DNA from: Macrostomum lignano | Lineage: Eukaryota | DNA: 64,000 bases | Direction of reading: 5' to 3' | Assembly (NCBI GenBank): GCA_002269645.1 | Contig: NIVC01000544.1 | Span: 186,001-250,000, forward strand | Shown: positions 37,665 through 51,000 of the stretch, in pieces | Layout: every line of letters starts with the position of its first letter | Position numbering within the stretch: the first letter of the stretch is position 1 | The notes under the pieces: generated by a model | What the model saw: only the letters and a program-made list of their open reading frames with translations | Told to the model about the DNA's origin: nothing | The model's database searches: none | Position numbers and translations under genes: made by a program

Positions 37665-40600
37665 TCACAGTAGCGTGGCACGAGCCTGCTGCTGCTGCTG
37701 CTGCTGCTGCTGATGCCCAGGCGGTAACAATTGAATTCCACCGTTGCCACTAACGCTGACGCTGCCGTTGCCATGGTGATAGTATTTTTTACCGTTGCTA
37801 CTATTAGTAGTAGCATATCCGCGTTGTTGCTGCTGTTGATGATGAAATCCGTTACTGTTAGATTCGGCCTTCTGAGATGAACTGCTTGAGACCACCCAGA
37901 CTACAATTTTATCCTCCCAAACTGGAACTACTTGATTGTCGTCGGCAACTTCCATTTTTGTTGGCTTTTGTAGCTGTTGCTGCTGCTGCTGTTGCGGCAC
38001 CTTGAACAGGTAGCGCCAAGGACTGAATGCGGGCCCACCGGGCTGCTGCTGATGCTGAGAAGAATTTGGCGGAAGCTGGATGCAACGTTTGATGTCGCCC
38101 AGTGTTACCTGTAGATTTGTTTGTAAATTTATTAATATTTTTCTCATTTATATTAGAGATTAAGGCAACTAAAAATACAATTAACAATAACTGCATGAAG
38201 AGAAGATCGAGCAGCAGGACCTGGTGAGGAAGCTGAATGAATAGATGATGAAGATTTGTGACCTGGTGATGAAGCTGAATGAATAGATAATGTAGCTGTG
38301 TTACCTGGTGATGAAGTTGAATGAATAGATGATGAAGCTTTGTTACCTGGTGATGAAGCTGAATGAATAGATAATGTAGCTGTGTTACCTGGTGATGAAG
38401 TTGAATGAATAGATGATGAAGCTTTGTTACCTGGTGATGAAGCTGAATGAATAGATAATGTAGCTGTGTTACCTGGTGATGAAGCTGAATGAATAGATAA
38501 TGTAGCTGTGTTACCTGGTGATGAAGCTGAATGAATAGATGATGTAGCTGTGTTACCTGGTGATGAAGTTGAATGAATAGATAATGTAGCTGTGTTACCT
38601 GGTGATGAAGCTGAATGAATAGATAATGTAGCTGTGTTACCTGGTGATGAAGTTGAATGAATAGATAATGTAGCTGTGTTACCTGGTGATGAAGTTGAAT
38701 GAATAGATAATGTAGCTGTGTTACCTGGTGATGAAGTTGAATGAATAGATAATGTAGCTGTGTTACCTGGTGATGAAGCTGAATGAATAGATGATGAAGC
38801 TGTGTTACCTGGTGATGAAGCTGAATGAATAGATGATGAAGCTTTGTTACCTGGTGATGAAGCTGAATGAATAGATGATGAAGCTTTGTTACCTGGTGAT
38901 GAAGCTGAATGAATAGATAATGTAGCTGTGTTACCTGGTGATGAAGCTGAATGAATAGATGATGAAGCTTTGTTACCTGGTGATGAAGCTGAATGAATAG
39001 ATAATGTAGCTGTGTTACCTGGTGATGAAGTTGAATGAATAGATGATGAAGCTTTGTTACCTGGTGATGAAGCTGAATGAATAGATAATGTAGCTGTGTT
39101 ACCTGGTGATGAAGTTGAATGAATAGATGATGAAGCTTTGTTACCTGGTGATGAAGCTGAATGAATAGATAATGTAGCTGTGTTACCTGGTGATGAAGCT
39201 GAATGAATAGATGATGAAGCGGTATGACCATATGATGAAGCTGTATGAACCAGTGATGATGAAGCTGTGTGAAATTGTGATGATGAAGCTGTATGAAATA
39301 GTGATGATGAAGCTGTATGACCTGGTGATGATGAAGCTGTATGATCAAGTGAGGATGAAGCTGAATGGCTACTAGATAATAAAGCTGGATTATGAGATGA
39401 TAAAGCCGTAGAAGCCACAGGTGATGATGACGCCAATTAACAATGATAAAACGGTATGATAGAATTAAATAAAAATCTTTGTGACTGAATGACACAACAG
39501 CTGCGGTGAATTCTTACCTGCCCAATGGGCTTAGGTATATTAAGCAGGTAAGGCGCGGCACTCCGCTCAGTATAGTACAGACACCTGGTACTAACTGGGC
39601 CACTAGTACAACTACTGCCAATTGCCGAACCAGTAGTATCTGGCACATCTAATCGATGTATAGGAAAACCAGGCACAGCAGACAGTGGCAATCGTTTTAA
39701 TTGCATTTTACGTTGCTGTGGAGTTAAACTTTGCTGACTAGCCGATGTAGTAGCGCTAGAATTAGCTGAGGACAGGTGCAAAGCGTGCTCCAGGGTGTCT
39801 AGCACCACCTGTGAACCGGTGTCGCCAGGTGGCAGAGCCAATCTCAACCGGCTGATGCACTGGGCAGCCACGGCTGCCTCGGATCCGGCAGAGTCGCCGA
39901 CAGAATGAGCAGCACCAGCGCCAGCAGTGGAAGTAGTAGCAGACTCAGAATTTGAGCATTTCAATCGATCCAACTCGCTGCTCAGAGCGGCGACGCACTG
40001 CTGATGCTCAGCTACTAGGCGGCGAAGTCGTTCATTGTCGTTACGAGCGGCGGCGGCTTCGCGTTCGGCCATTTCGCGACGCTGTTCGCTGTAGCGCAGA
40101 GTGTATTGCAGCTCTTCGACCTTGGAGAGTTGGGGATGGAGTTCGAGTAGCATTGTACATAACCGTGAGGGATTATGACTTGATTGGGGAGATGGAATCT
40201 ATGGTTCAAGAATTCAGAATCAAGACTCTTGCACTTCAGGATCATGACTCTTGAACTTAAGGACCAAGAGTATCGAAGCTCAGGGATCAAGACTCTTAGA
40301 CTCCAGGACCAATACTCTTAGACTTCAAGATTCATACTCTTAGACTTCAGGATTCATACTATTAGACTTCAGGATTCATACTATAAGACTTCAGGATTCA
40401 TACTATTTGACTTCAGGATAAAGACTCCCAGGCTTCAGGATACAGACCCTCAGGCAGTCAGGCTTCAGGATCAAGAGCCTCATGCTTCAGGATCAAGACT
40501 CTCAGACTTCAGGATCAAGAGCCTCATGCTTCAGGATCAAGACTCTCAGACTTCAGGATCAAGAATCTCATGCTTCAGGATCAAGAATCTCATGCTTCAA

Positions 40601-41968
40601 GATCAAGAGCCTCCGACTTCAGGATCAAGAGCCTCATGCTTCAGGATCAAGAATCTCATGCTTCAGGATCAAGAGCTTCATGCTTCAGGATCAAGAATCT
40701 CATGCTTCAGGATCAAGAGCCTCCGACTTCAGGATCAAGAGCCTCATGCTTCAGGATCAAGAATCTCATGCTTCAGGATCAAGAGCCTCATGCTTCAGGA
40801 TCAAGAATCTCAAGCTTCAGGATCAAGAGCCTCATGCTTCAGGATCAAGAATCTCAAGCTTCAGGATCAAGAGCCTCATGCTTCAGGATCAAGAGCCTCA
40901 TGCTTCAGGATCAAGACTCTCAGACTTCAGGATCAAGAATCTCAGGCTTCAGGATAAAGACTTCCAGGCTTTAGGATGAAGACTTTTAGGCTTTAAGACA
41001 CAGACTCTCAGGCTTCAGAAACAGGCTCGGGAATAGAATCAGAGCTTTAAGCAAGGCGCTGCAGTGTTTAACACAAGGATTTTAGGGTTCAGAATGATGG
41101 AATCTCGACAGAAATCAAACAAATCTACCTTTAGCGTCAGTTCATCCACCGTCTGCTGCTGTTGCTCCTGTTGCTCCTGCTGGTGCATCTTGTCGCCGCT
41201 GCCGCAGAAACAGCCGTCCATTCCTGAATGATTCGACGAACAGTTGGATTCCGCAGACATTGGAGAAGCTGCACCAGACGACAGAGCGTCCTGCAACCGT
41301 AGTATAAGGCTGCGCATCTCTTTCAATTCACTTCTGGCCTCTTCCAATTCGCTGCCATTGCCGCTAGCAGACGAGGCCGCTGTAGAACCGGAGCCTAGCA
41401 ACTGAGCAGTAGGTGAGCTGGCATGAGAACCGGCAGATATTGTAGGCGTAGCTCCGTGTCTGGGACTGTTGCAGCCGCTAGATAGCCAACCGGAAGCTGG
41501 CGTCTCTTCGCCATTATTATTATGATTATGATTATTAGCCGATGACAGCTTCTTTCTAGCTCGGGACAGAGTAGCTCCGTCAGCGGCTTGTTGCTGTTGA
41601 GCGGCCTGCTTTTGATGTCGAACAGAAGCTGGCTTATAGTGAGCAGCTAATGCCAAGATTAATCTCATAACAGCTTTAACATCGCCTGACATGACTGCGC
41701 GCGGTTCAATGCGATGCATTCTGATTCGGCGGGATCGCATGAAATCCAGTACTACTAGGATGTTCTGCTCTCGATCGTAGTCGTCTATGGGATACCAGAT
41801 GATGTCTTCTAGTTTAACGCCGGCAACAGTTTCAATTAAGACTGCTAGGCTAGTGCCGTTTAATATGCTGGGATCTGTTAGATCTTTTACTGGCGGATAG
41901 CCTGGTCGCTTCTTCAACTGACTGTTCACCCAGGCTGTGTAGGATGGCACCTGTTGGCTCCAGTCCAT
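37665..41968 (-). CDS. DIXDC1: Dixin (CH domain, coiled coil, DIX domain)
   Basis: Exons 41968-41129, 40198-39518 and 38108-37665 (phase 0). CH: SYTAWVNSQLKKRP...IRMH....MRLILALAAHYKP. DIX: TRCLYYTERS..PYLLNIPK..QVTLGDIK...YLFK...VPVWEDKIVVWV. Confidence 0.92.
38215..39430. repeat. 42-bp minisatellite in DIXDC1 intron 2
   Basis: ggtgatgaagctgaatgaatagat(a/g)atg(t/a)agct(g/t)tgttacct repeats about 24 times, then degenerates. Confidence 0.95.
40215..41020. repeat. 22-bp minisatellite (caggatcaagagcctcatgctt) in DIXDC1 intron 1
   Basis: Tandem units. Confidence 0.93.
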
Positions 41969-42127
41969 GATTGAGCGGCGCCTTTGACGTATGGATTATT
42001 TTTGGATAAATTGACTTTTAGGTATCTTGTATTGATCTCGGCAGGAACAGTTGGGTCAAGTATCAATGGTTATGACGCAATATACTTTATACATTTGTCT
42101 ATAAAACTATAGCCTTGTGAAAATTGC

Positions 42128-42468
42128 TGTATTGATTAAGGTCTAGGCTCCTGCTGACTAGCATATGTACATTGGCTGGATTGATTAGGGTCTAGGCTCC
42201 TGCTGACTAGCATATGTACATTGGCTGGATTGATTAGGGTCTAGGCTCCTGCTGACTAGCATATGTACATTGGCTGGATTGATTAGGGTCTAGGCTCCTG
42301 CTGACTAGCATATGTACATTGGCTGGATTGATTAGGGTCTAGGCTCCTGCTGACTAGCATATGTACATTGGCTGGATTGATTAGGGTCTAGGCTCCTGCT
42401 GACTAGCATATGTACATTGGCTGGATTGATTAGGGTCTAGACTCCTGCTGACTAGCATATGTACATTG
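42128..42468. repeat. 49-bp tandem repeat, 7 copies, upstream of DIXDC1
   Basis: gattagggtctaggctcctgctgactagcatatgtacattggctggatt, near-perfect copies. Confidence 0.95.
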
Positions 42469-42884
42469 CACGATTACTAGAATGAGTAGATGTAATTTTT
42501 AGGGTAACAGCAGTTAACAAACAACTGTTTACAGCTACAACTGCACAAAAAATAATAAAGAAAAGCATTGTAAGAGTTTTTTTGTATTATGAGGCCACTA
42601 ATTACAATTGAAAATCAAGCAATGCTTTAAGATTTTGATTGAAAACAGAAAACCCTACTTCGCGATGAGAAAATACTACTAACTTTCGAAATAGTCTACT
42701 TTTTAAGTAGAAACAATGACTTCGCGGAATATTTAGGTGCAAAACGTTTGAGGAAAATTAAAAACACAGGTGACAAACAAACTGGGTAAAAATATCTTAT
42801 CTAAACGAAATAAAAAATCAATGATGTATAGTTGACAATCATGATTAATCCTTAAACGAAGTTGATGTGGCTTGAAGAATATAC

Positions 42885-43615
42885 GGCTGGTGGGCCAGCA
42901 ACTGAGGATTTGGGAGGCTAGCTCAGCAACTGAGGATCTGGGAGGCTGGTGCCCCAGCAACTAAGGATCTAGGAGGCTGGCCCAGGAACTGAGGATCTGG
43001 GAGGCTGGCCCAGCAACTGAGGATCTGGGAGGCTGGACCAGTACTGAGGATCTGGGAGGCTGGCCCAGAAACTGAGGATCTGAGAGGCTGGACCAGTACT
43101 GAGGATCAGGGAGGCTGCCCAGCAACTGAGGATCAGGGAGGCTGGCCCAGCAACTGAGGATCAGGGAGGCTGGCCCAGCAACTGAGGATCTAGGAGGCTG
43201 GCCCAGCGACTGAGGATCTAGGAGGCTGGCCCAGCAACTGAGGATCTGGGAGGCTGGACCAGTACTGAGGATCTGGGAGGCTGGCCCAGAAACTGAGGAT
43301 CTGAGAGGCTGGACCAGTACTGAGGATCAGGGAGGCTGGCCCAGCAACTGAGGATCAGGGAGGCTGGCCCAGCAACTGAGGATCAGGGAGGCTGGCCCAG
43401 CAACTGAGGATCAGGGAGGCTGGCCCAGCAACTGAGGATCTAGGAGGCTGGCCCAGCGACTGAGGATCTAGGAGGCTGGCCCAGCAACTGACGATTCGGG
43501 AGGCGGGCCCAGCAACTGAGGATCTGGGAGGCTGGCCCAGCAACTGAGGATCTGGGAGGCTGGCCTAGCAACTGAGGATCTGGGAGGCTGGCCCAGAAAC
43601 TGAGGATCTGGCCAG
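42885..43615. repeat. 28-bp minisatellite, array 3 (intergenic)
   Basis: Same unit as arrays 1 and 2. Confidence 0.95.
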
Positions 43616-44305
43616 AAGGAAGCCAGCTCATTAACTTACAAATTGGAGAATATTTGTATCAAAATTACAAACAAAAATATTCGTAAACACAGTAGCAAAT
43701 TTTACACATCGATAATGACTTGTTTGAAAATTTTGTACTGGCATAGGGGACAATGTAATCATACACAATAATGTAGAGAAAAGACAGCAACACAGACAGC
43801 ACAAAGACCGGGATGTAAAAGTATGCACGAAAAATATTATAAATAGCGAAACCGATTTCCTACACGACTTCACTCTCTCAGACAGAATAAATCCATCTAC
43901 TTCTGTCTAAAAGTATTTCCGTTTAATTTTATCTTAGATGGAAAATGCATCTAATGTTACTAAATAAATATGTGTGAAATTTATGCAAATTTTCAACTTT
44001 CAAACAGCTCTAGTCCACTCTCCGATTGTCTATGGCTAAAAGCCAAACACAGTGTCGAAAAACTCGTCTACAGTTGTCATCCCGCACTGAAACTTCAATT
44101 CGTCACAAATCGATGATTAGATATTACATAAGTAGTATGTTATGTAAATACCTTGAACCAAAAAACATTAATATAAATAAACAGAGTAAGCTTTTAACTG
44201 AAATGAATTACGATGAATTTTTAGAATAGACGACATCATTAAGTTTTGCTGCTGGTTACAAAAGTACTGTTAAAGTGCACTAAAGAATCACTAGACAGAC
44301 TGGGT

Positions 44306-47300
44306 CTACACTCGAACCCAGCTCTTGCCAACTGAGTAGTATATTGCGCCCAGTTTAGCAGGCTCAACGCCCATTCGATAGGCCAATAGAATGAGTGCAT
44401 TGAGTCCGCACACGGCCAGGAATCCGTGGGTGATCCACCGCCTCGGCGACGTCATCACGGCGGCATCCGCGATGGCCACGTGACCGAATTGTTTCACCCG
44501 TTCGGCGAATTCGATGTCCTCGAGAAAGGGCCAGTCACGGTAGCCGCCAGACATGGTGTAGTAGTAGGCGTGGATGAACAGACCCTGCGGGGAGAGAGAG
44601 CGGGTGGCAAGTAATACCGGTACTACAGATGCATTTAAACAGCCTTACTCTGTTGCTGGGCCAGCCTCCCAGATTCTGTTGCTGGGCCAGCCTCCCAGAT
44701 TCTTTGTTGCTGGGCCAGCCTCCCAGATTCTCTGTTGCTGGGCTAGCCTCCCAGATTCTCTGTTGCTGGGCCAGCCTTCCAGATCCTCAGTTGCTGGGCC
44801 ACCAGGCTCCCAGATCCTCAGTTGCTGGGCCACCAGGCTCTCAGATCCTGAGTTGCTGGGCCAGCCTCCCAGATTCTCTGTTGCTGGGCCAGCCTCCCAG
44901 ATTCTCTGTTGCTGGGCCAGCCTCCAAGATCCTCAGTTGCTGGGCCACCAGGCTCCCAGATGCTCAGTTGCTGGGCCACCAGGCTCCCAGATCCTCAGTT
45001 GCTGGGCCACCAGGCTCCCAGATCCTCAGTTGCTGGGCCAGCCTCCTGGATCGTCAGTTGCTGGGCCAGCCTCCCAAATCCCGGTTTCTGGGTTAACCTC
45101 TCAGATTACCGGCCGCTCACCTGACTGCCAATAGGCATCTCGTACCGCCTGCACCTCCAATTAGTGTGCAGCTCCAGCAGCAGGGTTCTCAAAGCCCACG
45201 GTATGTCCTTAGTGAAGCACATCTCGTTAGGCAGCTTCAAATGGAAGGTGAACGCCCCGGCAACAATACCGGGCTTGCTCAGCGAGTGCACGATGACGTC
45301 ATCCCAGTTCTCAGGCAGCGAGCTGTCGGCATGCAGCACCAGATAGTAGGCGCCGCGGGCGAATTGAAGGCCGTAGCGAATCATTTGCCCGCGGCCGGTC
45401 GGCAGACTGTCAGGCAGGCGGCGCACCTCGATGCTGACTTTGCGCAGCTGGGCTCGCGGCAAACAGGTGCTGGCCCGGTGGCGTACGAACTCGCGAATCA
45501 CCTGGGGAATAATGGTAATAGATAAGTCAGATAGAAAGCGATGTGAATAATGATAACCGAATGGACTATGATTATGACACAGTAGACTATTATGATGATA
45601 TACTAGACTTTGATGACCCACTAGATTATGATGATGACCCAATAGACTATGATGATGACCCACTAGACTATGATGATGACCCATTAGACTATGATGATGA
45701 CCCAATAGACTATGATGATGACCCACTAGACTATGATGATGACCCAATAGACTATGATGATGACCCACTAGACTATGATGATGACCCACTAGATTATGAT
45801 GATGACCCACTAGACTATGATGATGACCCACTAGACTATGATGATGACCCACTAGACTATGATGATGACCCACTAGACTATGATGATGACCCACTAGACT
45901 ATGATGATGACCCACTAGACTATGATGATGACCCAATAGACTATGATGATGACCCACTAGACTATGATGATGACCCACTAGACTATGATGATGACCCATT
46001 AGACTATGATGATGACCCAATAGACTATGATGATGACCCACTAGACTATGATGATGACCCACTAGACTATGATGATGACCCACTAGACTATGATGATGAC
46101 CCACTAGACTATGATGATGACCCACTAGACTATGGTGATGATCCACTAGACTATGATGACCCACCAGACTTTGATGACCCACTAGACTTTGATGACCTAC
46201 TAGACTTTGATAACCCACTAGACTATGGTGATGACCCAACAGACGATGATGATGACCCATTAGACCAATACAAGTAATTTAATAGAAAAAATTCAAAGCA
46301 TGTTTTACAATTTAAAAACTTTTGCCTACTGCATACGCGGGTATTCAACAAACCTGCACAGTACCATCCACAGATCTGCCATCAACGATAACGATTTGTA
46401 GGTGTCGTTTCTTAGAAAAATTAAATAACAAATTCCGCAACGAAGTCTCAATATGATCGGCCTCGTTTCGAGCAGGAATGAGAACGGTCACGGTGTCGCT
46501 CATGAACAGGCAACTAGGGATGCCCAGCTCTGTCTCAACCAGGCCCAAATCGTCAATCGTGTCAAGATCACGTAAAATCGGCCGCAGGGAGGCGCAGACG
46601 ATGTCCAGCAGCAGAGCGTTAGCAAACTGCAAATGGGGAGAGGGAATTTCTGTCTGTGAGACTGCGTCAAAACGAATGGGGACCTGAGACTGCGGCACAA
46701 GCAGTTAATGATCTGGGAGGCTCGCCCAGCAACTGAGGATCTGGGAGGCTGGCCCAGCAACTGAGGATCTGGGAGGCTGGTGGCCCAGCAACTGAGGATC
46801 TGGGAGGCTGGCCCAGCAACTGAGGATCTGGGAGGCTGGCCCAGCAACTCAGGGTCTGGGAGGCTGGTGGCCCAGCAACTCAGGGTCTGGGAGGCTGGTG
46901 GCCCAGCAACTCAGGGTCTGGGAGGCTGGTGGCCCAGCAACTGAGGATCTGGGAGGCTAGTGGCCCAGCAACTCAGGGTCTGGGAGGCTGGTGGCCCAGC
47001 AACTCAGGGTCTGGGAGGCTGGTGGCCCAGCAACTCAGGATCTGGGAGGCTGGTGGCCCAGCAACTGAGGATCTCGGAGGCTTGGCCAGCATATCGGAAA
47101 TATTGGAAAAGTGAACAACTGTAGCACACATAATTTAAATCAAAATGGGACAGTCCTGAGAAAGTGGCGTGATTTGAATCTACGCACCGAATAGGACAAG
47201 AGCATACTTAACCAACTCAAAAATAAGATAAGCCAAAATTAATTTGAAGTTTATATGTCAAAATAAGGTCATTTGCAAGTTATTCTCTTAGGCCATGTAA

Positions 47301-47967
47301 TACTAGTAGTAAGATCTGAGCTGCTATTACAATTTAAAAAATCCTAACCACCTAGTCAAGTCTAGGCTGCCCCCAAATGTTTTCAAGCAGGAATCGTTTC
47401 TTTTTGAGGGCACGCGGGCCCTGGGTCTAAATTAGAGAAAAAAGCTTAAATGGGTACAATGTTGAATTCAGCTGCTCAGACTTCAGAGGCTATAAAAAGT
47501 GCAACAGCAAGGTTTGCGATTGTTTTTCCTAGATAAGGCAAAATGCACCTATACACAGAAGTAATTCAATCTGCTGTGTCTGCTGACTGTCTGCTTTGAG
47601 AAAAGCGACTCCAGTCAGGTAGAAACGACTTGGCTGGAGACATGGGGCTTGATTTTTTGAGAGAAACTAACACGATTTATTTTTGATTGGTTGTCTCGTT
47701 AAAAGCGATTCAAAATAAAAAAATTGAAGAGAGATGAGGGAGAGAGAGAGAGAGAGGGAAAGAGAGAGAGGATGAGGGAGAGGAAGAGAAGCAGGGGTGA
47801 GGGGAGGGGGAGACGAAGAGAGGGAGAGGGAGAGACGCGGAGCTAGAGAAGAGAGAGACGGAGAGAGAAGAAAGAGGCGGAGAGAAAGGTGGAGAGAGGG
47901 GGAGAGACGCGGAGAGGGAGAGGGAAAGGGAGAGAGAGAGAGAGGCGGAGAGAAAGAGAGACGGAGA

Positions 47968-48012
<45 letters not shown>

Positions 48013-48032
48013 GAGAGAAAGAGAGACGGAGA

Positions 48033-48095
<63 letters not shown>

Positions 48096-51000
48096 GGCGC
48101 CTCCAATCTCAGGCACTGACACGGTGAAAAGGACTGAAATAAGTCAATTTTATTTGAGTAGCCAGAGAGGAGGGCGCCTCCAATCTCAGGCACTGACACG
48201 GTGAAAAGGACTGAAATAAGTCAATTTTATTTGAGTAGCCAGAGAGGGAGGCGCCTCCAATCTCAGGCACTGACACGGTGAAAAGGACTGAAATAAGTCA
48301 ATTTTATTTGAGTAGCCAGAGAGGAGGGCGCCTCCAATCTCAGGCACTGACACGGTGAAAAGGACTGAAATAAGTCAATTTTATTTGAGTAGCCGCGGAG
48401 AGGGAGAGGGAAAGGGAGAGAGGCGGGGAGAGAGAGGGAGAGGGAAAGGGAGAGAGGCGGGGAGAGAGAGGGAGAGGGAAAGGGAGAGAGGCGGGGAGAG
48501 AGAGGGAGAGGGAAAGGGAGAGAGGCGGGGAGAGAGAGGGAGAGGGAAAGGGAGAGAGGCGGGGAGAGAGAGGGAGAGGGAAAGGGAGAGAGGCGGGGAG
48601 AGAGAGGGAGAGGGAAAGGGAGAGAGGCGGGGAGAGAGAGGGAGAGGGAAAAGGAGAGAGGCGGGGAGAGAGAGGGAGAGGGAAAAGGAGAGAGGCGGGG
48701 AGAGAGAGGGAGAGGGAAAGGGAGAGAGGCGGGGAGAGAGAAGGAGAGGGAAAGGGAGAGAGGCGGGGAGAGAGAAGGAGAGGGAAAAGGAGAGAGGCGG
48801 GGAGAGAGAAGGAGAGGGAAAGGGAGAGAGGCGGGGAGAGAGAAGGAGAGGGAAAAGGAGAGAGGCGGGGAGAGAGAAGGAGAGGGAAAGGGAGAGAGGC
48901 GGGGAGAGAGAGGGAGAGGGAAAGGGAGAGAGGCGGGGAGAGAGAGGGAGAGGGAAAGGGAGAGAGGCGGGGAGAGAGAGGGAGAGGGAAAAGGAGAGAG
49001 GCGGGGAGAGAGAGGGAGAGGGAAAAGGAGAGAGGCGGGGAGAGAGAGGGAGAGGGAAAGGGAGAGAGGCGGGGAGAGAGAAGGAGAGGGAAAGGGAGAG
49101 AGGCGGGGAGAGAGAGGGAGAGGGAAAAGGAGAGAGGCGGGGAGAGAGAAGGAGAGGGAAAGGGAGAGAGGCGGGGAGAGAGAGGGAGAGAGGCGGAGAG
49201 AAAGAGAGACGGAGAAGGGAGAGAGAGAGGGGGGGGAAGAGGGAGATCGAGGGAGAGAGTGAAAGGGTAGAGGGCGGAGGGGAGACAGGCAACGATAGTG
49301 GAGAGGTATGGAGAGGTCAGTAGCAAATCAGTTGTAAATAAAGGAGCTACACAAAATCTTAAAAAAAAACAATAGCACTGCAATAGTAAGCGGGTTGAGA
49401 GATATTAAAACGTCAGTCAGCCAGAAACTCGTTTTTTACCCAGCGAAGTTAAGCCTGACTGAATCAGCGATATGCATACCGGTAGTTAAGAAGAAAGAAA
49501 GGATCCGGTATTAACACTCACCTGACAGTCGAACACGGTGCTAGAGCCCCACAGTATGTTGCGGAACAGGCAGTTAAGATGACGCCGCACAGGCCTCCTA
49601 CTAGCCGCAAGCAGGTAGAGCCCGCCGCTGCCAGTCTTGCCCAGTACGAGGCCGGCGCCGGAGTCCAAACAGCGGAGAGCTTGCATAGCGTGCTGATCGG
49701 ATAGGGCGGGAACATCCGAGCTTAGTAGGACCACCTGCGGACAAGGTTGAGGATACGATGTCAAGTTTCTCACCAAAGAACCAAGTCTCAAGGGGGGGGG
49801 GGCGTTAGAAGAAAGCAATTCTTAGGGAGAGATGCCGTTGACGAGAATCCAGTCTTAGGGAGAGATTCTCTTAAAGAGAAGTAAATTCTAATAATGAGAA
49901 TCAAGTCTCAGGGGGGATTCTAATGATGAGAATCAAGTCTCATAGGGGAATTCTAATGATGATAATCAAGTCTTATGGGGAGATTCTAATGATGAGAATC
50001 AAGTCTTTTAGGGAGATTTCTAATGATGAGAATCAAGTCTTGGGGGGGATTAATTCTAATGATGAGAATTAAGTCTAAGGGTGGATTCTGATGATGAGAA
50101 ACAAGTCTCAGAGGGGGGAGATTCTAATGATGAGAATCAAGTCTTATGGGGAGATTCTAATGATGAGAATCAAGTCTTATGGGGAGATTCTATGATGAGA
50201 ATCAAGTCTTATGGGGAGATTCTGATGATGAGAATCAAGTCTCGGAGGGAGAGATTCTAATGATGAGAATCAAGTCTCGGAGGGAGAGATTCTAATGATG
50301 AGAATCAAGTCTAAGGGGGGATTCTGATGATGAGAATCAAGTCTTATGGGGAGATTCTATGATGAGAATCAAGTCTTATGGGGAGATTCTGATGATGAGA
50401 ATCAAGTCTCGGAGGGAGAGATTCTAATGATGAGAATCAAGTCTAAGGGGGGATTCTGATGATGAGAATCAAGTCTTATGGGGAGATTCTATGATGAGAA
50501 TCAAGTCTTATGGGGAGATTCTGATGATGAGAATCAAGTCTTATGGGGAGATTCTATGATGAGAATCAAGTCTTATGGGGAGATTCTGATGATGAGAATC
50601 AAGTCTCGGAGGGAGAGATTCTAATGATGAGAATCAAGTCTCGGAGGGAGAGATTCTAATGATGAGAATCAAGTCTCGGAGGGAGAGATTCTAATGATGA
50701 GAATCAAGTCTTATGGGGAGATTCTGATGATGAGAATCAAGTCTCGGAGGGAGAGATTCTAATGATGAGAATCAAGTCTCGGAGGGAGAGATTCTAATGA
50801 TGAGAATCAATTCTCGGGGGAGAGATTCTAATGATGAGAATCAAGTCTAAGGGGGGATTCTGATGATGAGAATCAAGTCTTATGGGGAGATTCTAATGAT
50901 GAGAATCAAGTCTCAGGGGGGGTCTAATGGTGAGAATGAAGTCTAAGGGGCAGAGATTCTAATGATGAGAATCAAGTCTCAGTGGGGGTTCTAATGGTGA

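Noticed and set aside
37909-39495. 528-aa His/Gln-rich and 427-aa Ser-rich ORFs
   Set aside because: They are the 42-bp array within DIXDC1 intron 2, bounded by good splice sites.
45543-46277. Acidic (DDDPLDY)n ORF on the + strand
   Set aside because: Opposite-strand reading of an intronic 21-bp array.
42128-48395. 49-bp x7 and 77-bp x4 repeats (and 130-bp x3.6 at 17.5 kb) as possible CRISPR-like arrays
   Set aside because: Head-to-tail repeats with no unique spacers, no cas genes, and a eukaryotic context.
47667-49383. Arg/Glu/Gly-rich and Ser/Leu/Pro-rich ORFs
   Set aside because: Polypurine microsatellite translations.
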